Source of the DNA: Nemertoderma westbladi
Lineage: Eukaryota; Animalia; Xenacoelomorpha
DNA length: 64,000 nucleotides
Direction: 5' to 3'
NCBI GenBank assembly: GCA_032718475.1
Contig: JAUCBJ010005522.1
Location: 693 to 64,692, forward strand
The notes below the pieces were generated by a model. The model saw nothing but the letters and a program-made list of their open reading frames with translations, searched no databases and was not told the DNA's origin. Both the position numbers and the translations under genes were made by a program. Of the stretch, positions 9,461 through 21,606 are shown piece by piece. Numbering within the stretch: position 1 is the first letter of the stretch; every line of letters starts with the position of its first letter.

Positions 9461-10668
9461 TGGCCGTCTCACACTGGTGCCTATATATTCCGTGTGGCCG
9501 TCTCACGTTGGTGTCTATATATTCCGGGTGGCCCTCTCACAGTGGTGTCTATATATTCCTTGTGGCCGTCTCACAGTGGTGTCTATATATTCCGTGTGGC
9601 CGTCTCACAGTGGTGTCTATATATTCCGTGTGGCCGTCTCACGTTGGTGTCTATATATTCCGTGTGGCTGTCTCACAGTGGTGTCTATATATTCCGTATG
9701 GCCGTCTCACGTTGGTGTCTATATATTCCGTATGGCCGTCTCACGTTGGTGCCTATATATTCCGTGTGGCCGTCTCACGTTGGTGTCTATATATTCCGTA
9801 TGGCCGTCTCACGTTGGTGTCTATATATTCCGTATGGCCGTCTCACTGTGGTGTCTATATATTCCGTGTGGCCGTCTCACTGTGGTGCCTATATATTCCG
9901 TATGGCCGTCTCACGTTGGTGTCTATATATTCCGTATGGCCGTCTCACTGTGGTGTCTATATATTCCGTGTGGCCGTCTCACGTTGGTGTCTATATATTC
10001 CGTATGGCCGTCTCACGTTGGTGTCTATATATTCCGTATGGCCGTCTCACTGTGGTGTCTATATATTCCGTGTGGCCGTCTCACTGTGGTGCCTATATAT
10101 TCCGTGTGGTCGTCTCACAGTGGTGTCTATATATTCCGTATGGCCGTCTCACGTTCTGTGTCTATAAATTCCGTGTGGCCGTCTCACAGTGGTGTCTATA
10201 TATTCCGTGTGGCCGTCTCACTGTGGTGCCTATATATTCCGTGTGGTCGTCTCACAGTGGTGTCTATATATTCCGTATGGCCGTCTCACGTTCTGTGTCT
10301 ATATATTCCGTGTGGTCGTCTCACAGTGGTGTCTATATATTCCGTATGGCCGTCTCACGTTCTGTGTCTATATATTCCGTGTGGTCGTCTCACAGTGGTG
10401 CCTATATATTCCGTGTGGCCGTCTCACGTTGGTGTCTATATATTCCGGGTGGCCGTCTCACGTTGGTGTCTATATATTCCGTGTGGCCATCTCACAGTGG
10501 TGTCTATATATTCCGTGTGGCCGTCTCACGTTGCTGTCTATATATTCCGTATGGCCGTCTCACGTTGCTGTCTATATATTCCGTGTGGCCGTCTCACGTT
10601 GGTGTCTATATATTCCGTGTAGCCGTCTCACAGTGGTGCCTATGTATTCCATGTGGCCGTCTCACAGT
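9461..10668. repeat. 34-bp tandem satellite A, right block (~35 units)
   Basis: Same unit as 4569-5712; resumes immediately after the RTE 5' end. Confidence 0.97.
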
Positions 10669-12260
10669 ATCACTACGAACACGCACCCCCTTCTTCTTGC
10701 AGGGTCAATGAACTCTCAAAGTCTGTTGGGGGGGGGGGGGGGGACGCATCGCACGGGAGGTGTAGGCTCTCTGAGGCCGATCGGGTTGTTGCATGGAGGA
10801 GTGTCTGCCCCGTGTATGCGCTTCGGGACATTGGGTCATCATGGTCCCGATGGTGGTTGGTGTGAGTGGGGTTTGCTCTCATATGAGCGGCTAGCGGTGG
10901 TGTCCTTGATAAGGTGACGGCGGCTCCGGGTGATGCATCTACCAGAATGAGTTCGTACGGAGTACTTCTGGTTGGGATTTGTTTCCTTGACTGTGCTGTC
11001 CCGTCGCTTCGAGACTGGGTTTTCAATTTGGACCGAGTCCCCTACAGAGAGTGGAATGCGGGGTATGGTGCTGCGATTGTAGGCAGACGTCTGGGCACCA
11101 GATAGCGAGGGCATTGCCTCGTCGAGCTCCATGTGGTTCACTCGGTGTTCCCGGAGGAAAGCGCGGCTGAGCATTGGCATCAGCGACGATGATATGGTGG
11201 GCAAAGAGAATCTGGGTCGGCGACTTTCCGTGGGCACCCAGTTTCAGAGCTCCAGGAGTCCCTCCTGGAAAGCCTCCGCGTTGATTCCCCCCCCCCCCCC
11301 CCCCACATTCTGGCGGGCTCAATGTACCAGCAGGAGGCCCACGGGACTACAATCCTTTGTACGTAGATGATGAGTTACGGTTGGAAGAAAGTTTGTTGCA
11401 TAGCGACCAAAGTGTTGGACACCTGGGAGTTGGCAACCAATGGGTGATCTCGCCTCCAGATTGTGGTAAACACAAATGTGGAGAGTTTCAACTTGAGTGG
11501 CTGGATCTGTGAATTATCGTATGCATCCATCGTCTGGTCATCGAGGATGGACACCAGGGGATGGTGGTCTACCACCAGCGTGAAATGTGGGAGGCCCACG
11601 AGGTAGAGACGGTACTTGTGGGCGGCTCATGCGACGGTGATGAGCTCCAGCTCCACCATTGCATAGCGTGATTCGGTTTCCGAAATATTCCGAGAGTCAC
11701 ATTCTACCAACTTCCCTTAAATCCTGTGCAATTGGAGTAGCGTGTATCCTAACCCATTCTTTCTGGAGGTGTCGGTCTCGAGCTTCGTGTCGAGCTCCAG
11801 ATCGAAAGAAGCGACGATGGGTGGGGAGATGAGTGCACATTTGGTCGTCTCGAACGCCACCTCATGTTCAGAGTTCCACTCGTATGGGTTTATGGAACAG
11901 AGTAGTGGGTGAGGTGGGGCATTGTAGCTGAGATGTCATTCGAGAATGGAGTGAGTTGATCGACCAAGCGAGTTATCGACTCAAGTCTGTAATGCTAGTT
12001 GGTCAAGGGAAGCCCGTTATGGCGTGGACCTTGGATGGGTCCATCTGGATGCCATCGGCCCTGACATCGTAGCTTGCGAACTTCACTTGGCATTGGGCTT
12101 TGGACTTGGCATTTGTATTTTGTCGGGGTTAAAAGTCAGATGCCGGCTGTACGGGGTCGCATGAGGAACTGTCAGAAACTGGCGATGTGGTCATCAGATT
12201 TGTCACTGTACAGAAGGAAGTCGTCGACAACTTTCACCATGCATCAGGGGTCCTACTATA
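10669..12260 (-). pseudogene. Decayed, internally deleted Ty3/Gypsy pol fragments (RT, RNase H, integrase C-terminus)
   Basis: Remnants KVVDDFLLYSD (~12205-12238), GLPHFTLVVDHHPLVSILD, LSVGDSVQIENPVSKR and SGRCITRSRRHL resemble the pol at 44.6-48 kb; many frameshifts. Confidence 0.8.
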
Positions 12261-12919
12261 GGGAAAATCCCGGTCGAGAGTTTGATATGTAGAGACTGGC
12301 GGTTGTTGGAGAGAAATAAAAGATTGATGGGCTTAATGGTATATTGTTCTACATAAGGAAAAATATCATCTCAACTAGTGTATATTGAGATTATATTGGC
12401 TGTCTTTGAAGTCAACATTTTGAACAAACTGCACCAATTAAAAAGCGAATAAGTATAAATTATGTATAAGATACATTTTGGGTGGACTATATATAATTGC
12501 GATTCTTAAAAATTCATTTTTGGCGTCCCTTAGCGGCCAGAGCCAAAATTTAGATTTTTTTTATGCTACTCATTCCTTATGCTTCTCCTTCGTTATATAT
12601 TCTCAAATTGGGCCTTCCAACCATTGAGGTGTTTAGCTGGAGATTCAGCCTTAACCTTAGTGGTTGGTTGGCTTTTCCTCCCAGTGAGCAGGTTTATTGA
12701 TTGTCATGCCTGGGTTGATTGCCTGCTGTAATTAGCTTTGTTAATGGCAACAACCTGCTTATTGATAAGCTCCTTCAGATCATCTTTAATTTAATTTAAT
12801 AACAAGGTTGTTGTTATTCAATTAAATTAAAGATGAAATAAAATAGAATAGCACAAAATAGAATAAATAAAATAAAATAGCAAATGAATGCCTTAGTCGG
12901 CATGTTAAATTCTCAATTT

Positions 12920-13450
12920 AGGGAAATTTTTATTGCGTCCAGTTCCCCCCCCCCCCCCCCCCCCCCCCCTATCTGCCACCAAAATTACATATTAGCACAA
13001 AGCAATGCAAATTGAAGTCTCTTGCTACATGACAACCAAAACAAAAGGAATCATAAAAAGCAAAAATTACAATTCACCCAATACATTGTTACGTCGCAGA
13101 AAGGTTATGTAAATAAATAAACCAATTATTCGTATATTGGAAAGCCAAAGCATTACTACACGAAAGGCAACTATTCAACTGCTTTAGTTTTAACAAGGAC
13201 GGCTGTCTCGAAAAATATTCACCCAGATATTGCAGTCTTAAGTCGTCGTAACGCCGGCAACCGAGCAAAAAATGTAGCTCATCCTCCACAAAATTGCTGT
13301 TGCACACAGAACATAAACGGTCCGGTCACTACGGTCAGTATTGTACCACCTCACCCGTTCAATTTCTAAATTGTGCGAGGAGCACTTTATTTTAGATATG
13401 AACCGCCGTAATACTACTGTACATTGTCATGTAATATATCTAAATACGAC
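12920..13450 (-). mobile_element. 3' fragment of an RTEX-like LINE nested in RTE copy 2
   Basis: C-terminal motif SSHNLEIE...RLCSVC....EDELHFLLGCRRYDDLR. Confidence 0.65.
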
Positions 13451-14242
13451 ATCATATTAAAAGAAATACATATGACATCATATTATCAGAATACTGCCTG
13501 TTGCGACCAAGATGAAACCTTAACTAACTGCATCCTTGGCTGTCCTTGTGTCTCCGAGCCGGCGCCCGGCGAGACTCGTTCTGTGCCTTAGTGAGGTTAT
13601 ATCGTCACTTCCGAATTCTGTGGTTCGCCCAGGGGGCCTTTATCCTGTTTCAAAGCTATACAGAAACTGTTTCCGAAGCTGCTAATTTAACTGCTTAACT
13701 GCACATAATATGGTCTATCTGGGACTGTGACCACTGGGTCCACTAGGACTAGGACTCTATAGCTTTCCAGTTCGCTTCTTGAACTGTGTTCCAGTCGAAA
13801 CAAACCATTTCTAGAGATGAAATCCTGAAGATGGACGGAATTTCGGTTAACACTATTGCTATAGACCCAGGGCGATGTAGGTGATTGATGCAGACTTGCA
13901 TTAAAGTCTCCTAGGAAAGTTAAGAATGCATGCAGATCCACTAGCTGTAGCTGCTGTAGATTGTGGTATAAATTTTCCACCTCCTCTACTTGGGCAACAC
14001 TAGTTGGAGAATAGCACACAATCAGAACCACCTTAGGAATATTCTTAGCAAGTCTTCCAGAACATGAGAAGTGGCAAAGGATTATGCGGTTAGAGATTTG
14101 GCTATTTTGTCCAATGCTGCATGTGCAGTTGGATTCATCAATAGACAATTTCCACCATTGCCACTATCATCTGCTGATGCGAGGGCGAGTCGCCAACCGC
14201 CCCCCATGTCCTTAATCAGAGCCTCATCAGTCTGTTCAGTCC

Positions 14243-14480
14243 GCAATCATTCAGGTACTGTACTGTATTTCTGCCAGACTCAAAGGCTTTCCTAGCCACC
14301 TACACAATAATATCTATACTAAAACTTAATCTATCAAATTTAAATGAAGTTCTGGAATGTTTTTCGGGGAGTTGTTTCCACGCGATACATGTATTATACT
14401 AACTAATTTAACTTTTATTATCATTATTAAGAATAATTTCGCGCGTAAGCAGAAACAAATATAAAATTGAATTAAAAAAT
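14243..14480. repeat. Dispersed AT-rich repeat; second copy at ~15913-16100
   Basis: caatcattcaggtact...taaatgaagttctggaatgtttt...gttgtttccacgcgata...ttcgcgc present at both places. Confidence 0.75.
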
Positions 14481-15070
14481 ACAACATACAGCCGGTAATT
14501 CCACTGGCCTCAAGTGGCCGGACCTCCGCATTACAAATGTAATCCATAGTGGGGGTTGGCGGTGCTTTTTTGCCGAGTCAATTCTCGGGGCAAAGACCAC
14601 ACACTGGTTTGCCATTCCACAGGGAGGGTGTCGCAGTGGAGTCAGATGAGGCCCATCACCCATACCGCACCGGACCTGACCATTGGCTGTGTAGCTCATA
14701 TGCTGGGCCATGCCCTGTAACCCTGCTGCCAGGTGCAGGTCGCAGTGAAGTGTACTCAAATTGGACATGATAACACTCTACTCCTGACCAGCCATTTGTA
14801 GATCACCGTCTGCCTGGTCAGACCATATACCCCAGCAACCGAGTGTATGGGTCCTTAACCCAGGACCAAGAGCGTACCAGATGAAGGAGGCCCTAGTTTC
14901 TGGACCTGAGACTGACCTGACCTGGACTCATTGGCATTCTAAAAACTTGTAAATCTCAACGACTCGGACAGAATAGCTGAATCTCGCTAAAATGAAAATG
15001 AGTAAAAAATACCCATGTTTTCCTCTTCCTATTTATCTTATAGAATAATAGTCCTTTTTTTAATAGTCAT

Positions 15071-15514
15071 TACATTTTTATAACATAAATCATTGTTACC
15101 ATGGCAACATTGTAGAGTTCTAGAACCAAAAATATGTAATATACACTATTAAAGAACATAAACAATATTAAAAATATAATGTTCAAGATCATAAAGCTAG
15201 TTATATTTTAAATTTAAAATATTTATTTATATATATATATTTAAATATATTTATTATATATATTTTTTATTTTTATATATTAATATTTTTTATTTTTATA
15301 TATTAATATTTTTTATTTTATATATTTACTTTGGTAAATATATTTTTTTAATTTACTAGATATTTTAAAATTAAAAAAACTAGCTACATGTTCTAGAACA
15401 TTATATTTTTTATTTTATTTATGTTCTAGAATAGTATATAATACTTTTCTATTGTTCTAGAACTCTTCAATGTTGCCATAGTACAGTAACAATGGCATAG
15501 GTATTAAAAATGTA
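15071..15514. mobile_element. Foldback/MITE-like long inverted repeat with an AT-only centre
   Basis: Left arm atggcaacattgtagagttctagaac is the reverse complement of right arm gttctagaactcttcaatgttgccat; pairing extends well beyond this core. Confidence 0.8.
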
Positions 15515-16275
15515 GTTCTATACGGAACTCTAGCCAATAAAAATCGTCAAAAACCTATTATGAATCCTTAAAATCGTAAATAAAGGAGGTGGGGTCAGTC
15601 CACGTCATAATATTTTAGTACATTTTCAAAAATATAGGAAATATTGCAAATAAACACTAAGAAATGTTCTGGAACAAATAATTAATAAATAATAAATTAT
15701 AACAAGTTATATATATAAAATATATATAGGCCTACAAGTTATAGCTTAACTGCTGTACAGTATAACTGGATGTTTTTCCTTCATTAATATTACGAACTTA
15801 TTATTTCCCATTATATTTTATACAAATATAATAATTTAAACGTTTAACAGTAAATATTAAATTGTTGTATCGATAACAAATTAAATTACAATTACATAAA
15901 TCAAAATTGGTGACAATCATTCAGGTACTAAACTGTATTTATGTCAGACTCCGACGATTACATTTAAATGAAGTTCTGGAATGTTTTTAGGGTAGTTGTT
16001 TCCACGCGATATGTACTGTTTATATAAATTTAATTGTTATTATAATTTATTATTAATAATAAATTCGCGCATTATGCAGAAATAAAAGTAAAATAAATAA
16101 AAAAATTAATAATAAATATTCATTTTACAAAATGTTCAACTTTATATTCCGCATTTTCGAGGAATAGTTAATGCTCCATAAAGTGGAAATTTATTATTGG
16201 TGTTATGGGTGAATGAATGGTTTCATGTTATTATAACTTTTTGTTGGGCACAGCTTACGCAAAGTTGACAATGAC

Positions 16276-16345
16276 GTCCAGGTAGGATCAAACTGGTGAC
16301 CTCCGGGTTGGAAGTCTGACGCTCTAACCAATCAGCTAGCGGCTC
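16276..16345 (-). mobile_element. tRNA-derived SINE head
   Basis: Minus strand gagccgcTAGCTGATTGGttagagcg...ccaGTTTGATCCtacc: A and B boxes present, imperfect cloverleaf. Confidence 0.6.
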
Positions 16346-16589
16346 AGGTAAAAGATAAACCTGGAAATACTATCTGATGCATGTCCGCAATTTACCTCCT
16401 CATGGCCTCCCAACTATCAATACCACCATATGCTGCTGCCAATGTGCTCAACCCTACAGTACTTGGCCGTCTTTCATTGTAGCGAGTGGTTAAAATAGGC
16501 CTAAGCTAAAGAACGTTAACAACTTCCAGTTACAGTGATAGGATAGAGAAGAGATCAGTGAAAAGGACATTAAAAGAAGTTCGGAAAAA

Positions 16590-16690
16590 AAATAAGAGGT
16601 GAGACTCTTTCAACCCACTATGGAAACTACTTTTATACGGAGATGAGACAAGTTGACACTGACGAAATCACTTGACCAAGGAATTGATCG
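16590..16690 (+). mobile_element. Old RTE-like RT remnant
   Basis: Frameshifted RLF..T.E..LLYG.ET..TLTKSLDQGID-like sequence. Confidence 0.45.
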
Positions 16691-16933
16691 TCATCGCACA
16701 GCACATAGGGCTAGGGGGGAAACTTGACGCAATAAAAATTCATCACTCTCCAGGGGAAATTCCACGCAAATAACAGCTGATTATTCTCAAAAATAAAACT
16801 GTAACTTGTTCTATTGTGCTTAGTTTATTGTTTTGGTTAAAATATCTTGCCACTCTAACCTGCTCCTTTCCCTAAATTGAGAATTTAACATCGAGGCGGG
16901 ATATTAATTCGCCAAGGCGGGATTTGCGTCCAT

Positions 16934-19900
16934 CTCACGCAGGGAGCCCAGGCACCAGGATTGCCACTCACCCAGGGAGGCCAGGCACCAGGGTTGCCAC
17001 TCACGCAGGGAACCCAGGCACCAGGGTTGCCACTCACCCAGGGAGGCCAGGCACCAGGGTTGCTACTCACCCAGGGAGACCAGGCACCACGGTTGCTACT
17101 CACCCAGGCACCAGGGTTGCCACTCACCCAGGGAGACCAGGCACCAGGGTTGCTACTCGCCCAGGGAGGCCAGGCACCAGGGTTGCCACTCACCCAGGGA
17201 GGCCAGGCACCAGGGGTGCCACTCACGCAGGGAACCCAGGCACCAGGGTTGCCACTCACCCAGGGAGGCCAGGCACCAGGGTTGCTACTCACCCAGGAAG
17301 ACCAGGCACCACGGTTGCTACTCACCCAGGCACCAGGGTTGCCACTCACCCAGGGAGACCAGGCACCAGGGTTGCTACTCGCCCAGGGAGGCCAGGCACC
17401 AGGGTTGCCACTCACGCAGGGAACCCAGGCACCAGGGTTGCCACTCACCCAGGGAGGCCAGGCACCAGGGTTGCCACTCACCCAGGGAGGCCAGGCACCA
17501 GGGTTGCCACTCACGCAGGGAACCCAGGCACCAGGGTTGCCACTCACCCAGGGAGGCCAGGCACCAGGTTTGCCACTCACCCAGGCACCAGGGTTGCTAC
17601 TCACTTAGGCACCAGGGTTGCCACTCACCCAGGGAGGCCAGGCACCAGGGTTGCCACTCACCCAGGCACCAGGGTTGCTACTCACTCAGGCACCAGGGTT
17701 GCCACTCACCCAGGTACCAGGGTTGCTACTCACCCAGGCACCAGGGTTGCTACTCACCCAGGCACCAGGGTTGCTACTCACCCAGGCACCAGGGTTGCTA
17801 CTCACCCAGGCACCAGGGTTGCTACTCACTCAGGCACCAGGGTTGCCACTCACCCAGGTACCAGGGTTGCTACTCACCCAGGCACCAGGGTTGCTACTCA
17901 CCCAGGCACCAGGGTTGCTACTCACCCAGGCACCAGGGTTGCTACTCACCCAGGCACCAGGGTTGCTACTCACCCAGGCACCATGGTTGCCACTCACCCA
18001 GGGAGGCCAGGCACCAGGGTTGCTACTCATCCAGGCACCAGGGTTGCCACTCACCCAGGGAGGCCAGGCACCAGGGTTGCCACTCACACAGGGAGGCGAG
18101 GCACCAGGGTTGCCACTCACACAGGGAGGCCAGGCACCAGGGTTGCCACTCACGCAGGTAACCCAGGCACCCGGGTTGCCACTAACCCAGGGAGGCCAGG
18201 CACCAGGGTTGCCACTCACACAGGGAGGCCAGGCACCAGGGTTGCCACTCACCCAGGCACCAGGGTTGCTACTCACTCAGGCACCAGGGTTGCCACTCAC
18301 CCAGGTACCAGGGTTGCTACTCACCCAGGCACCAGGGTTGCTACTCACCCAGGCACCAGGGTTGCTACTCACCCAGGCACCAGGGTTGCTACTCACCCAG
18401 GCACCAGGGTTGCTACTCACCCAGGCACCAGGGTTGCTACTCACCCAGGCACCATGGTTGCCACTCACCCAGGGAGGCCAGGCACCAGGGTTGCTACTCA
18501 TCCAGGCACCAGGGTTGCCACTCACCCAGGGAGGCCAGGCACCAGGGTTGCCACTCACACAGGGAGGCGAGGCACCAGGGTTGCCACTCACACAGGGAGG
18601 CCAGGCACCAGGGTTGCCACTCACGCAGGTAACCCAGGCACCCGGGTTGCCACTCACCCAGGGAGGCCAGGCACCAGGGTTGCCACTCACACAGGGAGGC
18701 CAGGCACCAGGGTTGCCACTCACCCAGGCACCAGGGTTGCTACTCACTCAGGCACCAGGGTTGCCACTCACCCTAGGTACCAGGGTTGCTACTCACCCAG
18801 GCACCAGGGTTGCTACTCACCCAGGCACCAGGGTTGCTACTCACCCAGGCACCAGGGTTGCTACTCACTCAGGCACCAGGGTTGCCACTCACCCAGGTAC
18901 CAGGGTTGCTACTCACCCAGGCACCAGGGTTGCTACTCACCCAGGCACCAGGGTTGCTACTCACCCAGGCACCAGGGTTGCTACTCACCCAGGCACCAGG
19001 GTTGCTACTCACCCAGGCACCAGGGTTGCTACTCACCCAGGCACCAGGGTTGCTACTCACTCAGGCACCAGGGTTGCCACTCACCCAGGTACCAGGGTTG
19101 CTACTCACCCAGGCACCAGGGTTGCTACTCACCCAGGCACCAGGGTTGCTACTCACCCAGGCACCAGGGTTGCTACTCACCCAGGCACCAGGGTTGCTAC
19201 TCACCCAGGCACCAGGGTTGCTACTCACCCAGGCACCAGGGTTGCTACTCACCCAGGCACCAGGGTTGCCACTCACCCAGGTTGCTACTCACCCAGGCAC
19301 CAGGGTTGCTACTCACCCAGGCACCAGGGTTGCTACTCACCCAGGCACCAGGGATGCTACTCACCCAGGCACCAGGGTTGCTACTCACCCAGGCACCAGG
19401 GTTGCTACTCACCCAGGCACCAGGGTTGCTACTCACCCAGGGACCAGGGTTGCTACTCACCCAGGCACAAGGGTTGCCACTCACCCAGGTACCAGGGTTT
19501 CTACTCACCCAGGCACCAGGGTTGCCACTCACATAGGGAGGCCAGACACCAGGGTTGCCACTCACCCAGGGAGGCCAGGCACCAGGGTTGCCACTCACCC
19601 AGGCACCAGGGTTGCTACTCACACAGGGAGGCCAGGCACCAGGGTTGCCACTCACGCAGGGAACCCAGGCACCAGGGTTGCCACTCACCAGGGAGGCCAG
19701 GCACCAGGGTTGCCACTCACACAGGGAGGCGAGGCGGCAGGGTTGCCACTGACGCAGGGAACCCAGGCACCAGGGTTGCTACTCACCCAGGGAGGCCAGG
19801 CACCAGGGTTGCCACTCACCCAGGGAGGCCAGGCACCAGGGTTGCCACTCACCCAGGCACCAGGGTTGCCACTCACCCAGGGAGGCCAGGCACCAGGGTT

Positions 19901-21190
19901 GCTACTCACCCAGGCACCAGGGTTGCTACTCACCCAGGCACCAGGGTTGCTACTCACAGGCACCAGGGTTGCCACTCACCCAGGTACCAGGGTTGCTACT
20001 CACCCAGGCACCAGGGTTGCTACTCACTCAGGCACCAGGGTTGCCACTCACCCAGGTACCAGGGTTGCTACTCACCCAGGCACCAGGGTTGCTACTCACC
20101 CAGGCACCAGGGTTGCTACTCACCCAGGCACCAGGGTTGCTACTCACCCAGGCACCAGGGTTGCTACTCACCCAGGCACCAGGGTTGCCACTCACCCAGG
20201 TACCAGGGTTGCTACTCACCCAGGCACCAGGGTTGCTACTCACCCAGGCACCAGGGTTGCTACTCACCCAGGCACCAGGGTTGCTACTCACCCAGGCACC
20301 AGGGTTGCTACTCACCCAGGCACCAGGGTTGCTACTCACCCAGGCACCAGGGTTGCCACTCACCCAGGTACCAGGGTTGCTACTCACCCAGGCACCAGGG
20401 TTGCTACTCACCCAGGCACCAGGGTTGCTACTCACCCAGGCACCAGGGTTGCTACTCACCCAGGCACCAGGGTTGCCACTCACCCAGGTACCACGGTTTC
20501 TACTCACCCAGGCACCAGGGTTGCTACTCACTCAGGCACCAGGGTTGCTACTCACCCAGGCACCAGGGTTGCTACTCGCCCAGGGAGGACAGGCACCAGG
20601 GTTGCCACTCACCCAGGGAGGCCAGGCACCAGGGTTGCCACTCACCCAGGCACCAGGGTTGCTACTCACACAGGGAGGCCAGGCACCAGGGTTGCCACTC
20701 ACGCAGGGAACCCAGGCACCAGGGTTGCCACTCACCCAGGGAGGCCAGGCACCAGGGTTGCCACTCACACAGGGAGGCGAGGCACCAGGGTTGCCACTCA
20801 CACAGGGAGGCCAGACACCAGGGTTGCCACTCACGCAGGGAACCCAGGCACCCGGGTTGCCACTCACCCAGGGAGGCCAGGCACCAGGGTTGCCACTCAC
20901 ACAGGGAGGCCAGACACCAGGGTTGCCACTCACCCAGGGAGGCCAGGCACCAGGGTTGCCACTCACCCAGGCACCAGGGTTGCTACTCACACAGGGAGGC
21001 CAGGCACCAGGGTTGCCACTCACGCAGGGAACCCAGGCACCAGGGTTGCCACTCACCCAGGGAGGCCAGGCACCAGGGTTGCCACTCACACAGGGAGGCG
21101 AGGCGGCAGGGTTGCCACTCACGCAGGGAACCCAGGCACCAGGGTAGCCACTCACCCAGGGAGGCCAGGCACCAGGGTTGCCATTCACCT
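16934..21190. repeat. GC-rich minisatellite B of mixed 24-bp and 33-bp units (~4.25 kb)
   Basis: Core CAGGCACCAGGGTTGC(C/T)ACTCACC with an optional 9-bp CAGGGAGGC/CAGGGAACC insert. Confidence 0.97.
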
Positions 21191-21300
21191 GGAAACCTTG
21201 GAATTGTCAGGGAATTTCATTTTTTTCTTGAAATCTCAGATGACTGGAAATTCTTGTAAAAATATGAGAAATCAGAAAATGTCAGGGATTGTGACATGAC
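21173..21300 (+). mobile_element. Left terminus of a hAT-like non-autonomous DNA transposon
   Basis: CAGGGTTGCCATTCACCTGGAAACCTTGGAATTGTCAGGGAATTT with repeated gtcaggga/ctggaaa subterminal motifs; CAGGG start typical of hAT ends. Confidence 0.55.
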
Positions 21301-21545
21301 AGCATGTGTCTTAAGCGGAAATGTGGAAAAAATTGATCTACACGCTTCGCTGGCATTCAATATATACGCCTACAGTATTATAAGTGCACTCTATCATACT
21401 ACTGTATAATATATTTCATATACTACAGTTATATACAGTTAGATATATACAGTAATATATAAGCGCGAAATCGCTCAAAGCTCCGCGTCTACTAACGCAT
21501 GAACTTGTCTCCTTGAATGGCTTACTATCAATCTTACAACAAAAA

Positions 21546-21606
21546 GCCGGCACAGCACTCTTAAAAATGCGGCTGCAATGCAGCATGCCGATCCTAGTAG
21601 TCCTAG
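21546..21606 (+). mobile_element. 61-bp 5'-truncated insertion of the RTE 3' end
   Basis: Reverse complement of ~5713-5768; flanked by 11-bp TSD TACAACAAAAA (21535-21545 and 21607-21617). Confidence 0.88.

Larger units (their letters stand above)
12601..14925 (-). mobile_element. Second, older RTE copy, fragmented
   Basis: 12601-12781 matches ~7385-7565; 13490-14242 matches ~7572-8570 with a deletion; 14490-14925 matches the 5' UTR and ends in tgacctgacctgg like the full copy. Confidence 0.88.

Noticed and set aside
4569-10668. CRISPR-like array (34-bp repeats next to a reverse transcriptase)
   Set aside because: Units are head-to-tail with no unique spacers, there are no cas genes, the context is eukaryotic, and the RT is an RTE LINE.
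4583-10917. Long ORFs in satellite A as proteins
   Set aside because: All three frames are open only because the unit lacks stop codons; the peptides are pure repeat translation.
16276-16345. Functional tRNA gene
   Set aside because: Acceptor and anticodon stems pair poorly; better explained as a SINE head. The same applies to 55240-55320 and the weaker matches at ~21620-21670 and ~25075-25140.
16885-21299. 870-1213-aa repetitive ORFs as a structural or adhesive protein
   Set aside because: Open on both strands and in several frames, broken by 1-nt indels, no signal peptide, and the unit derives from a transposon-like terminus.
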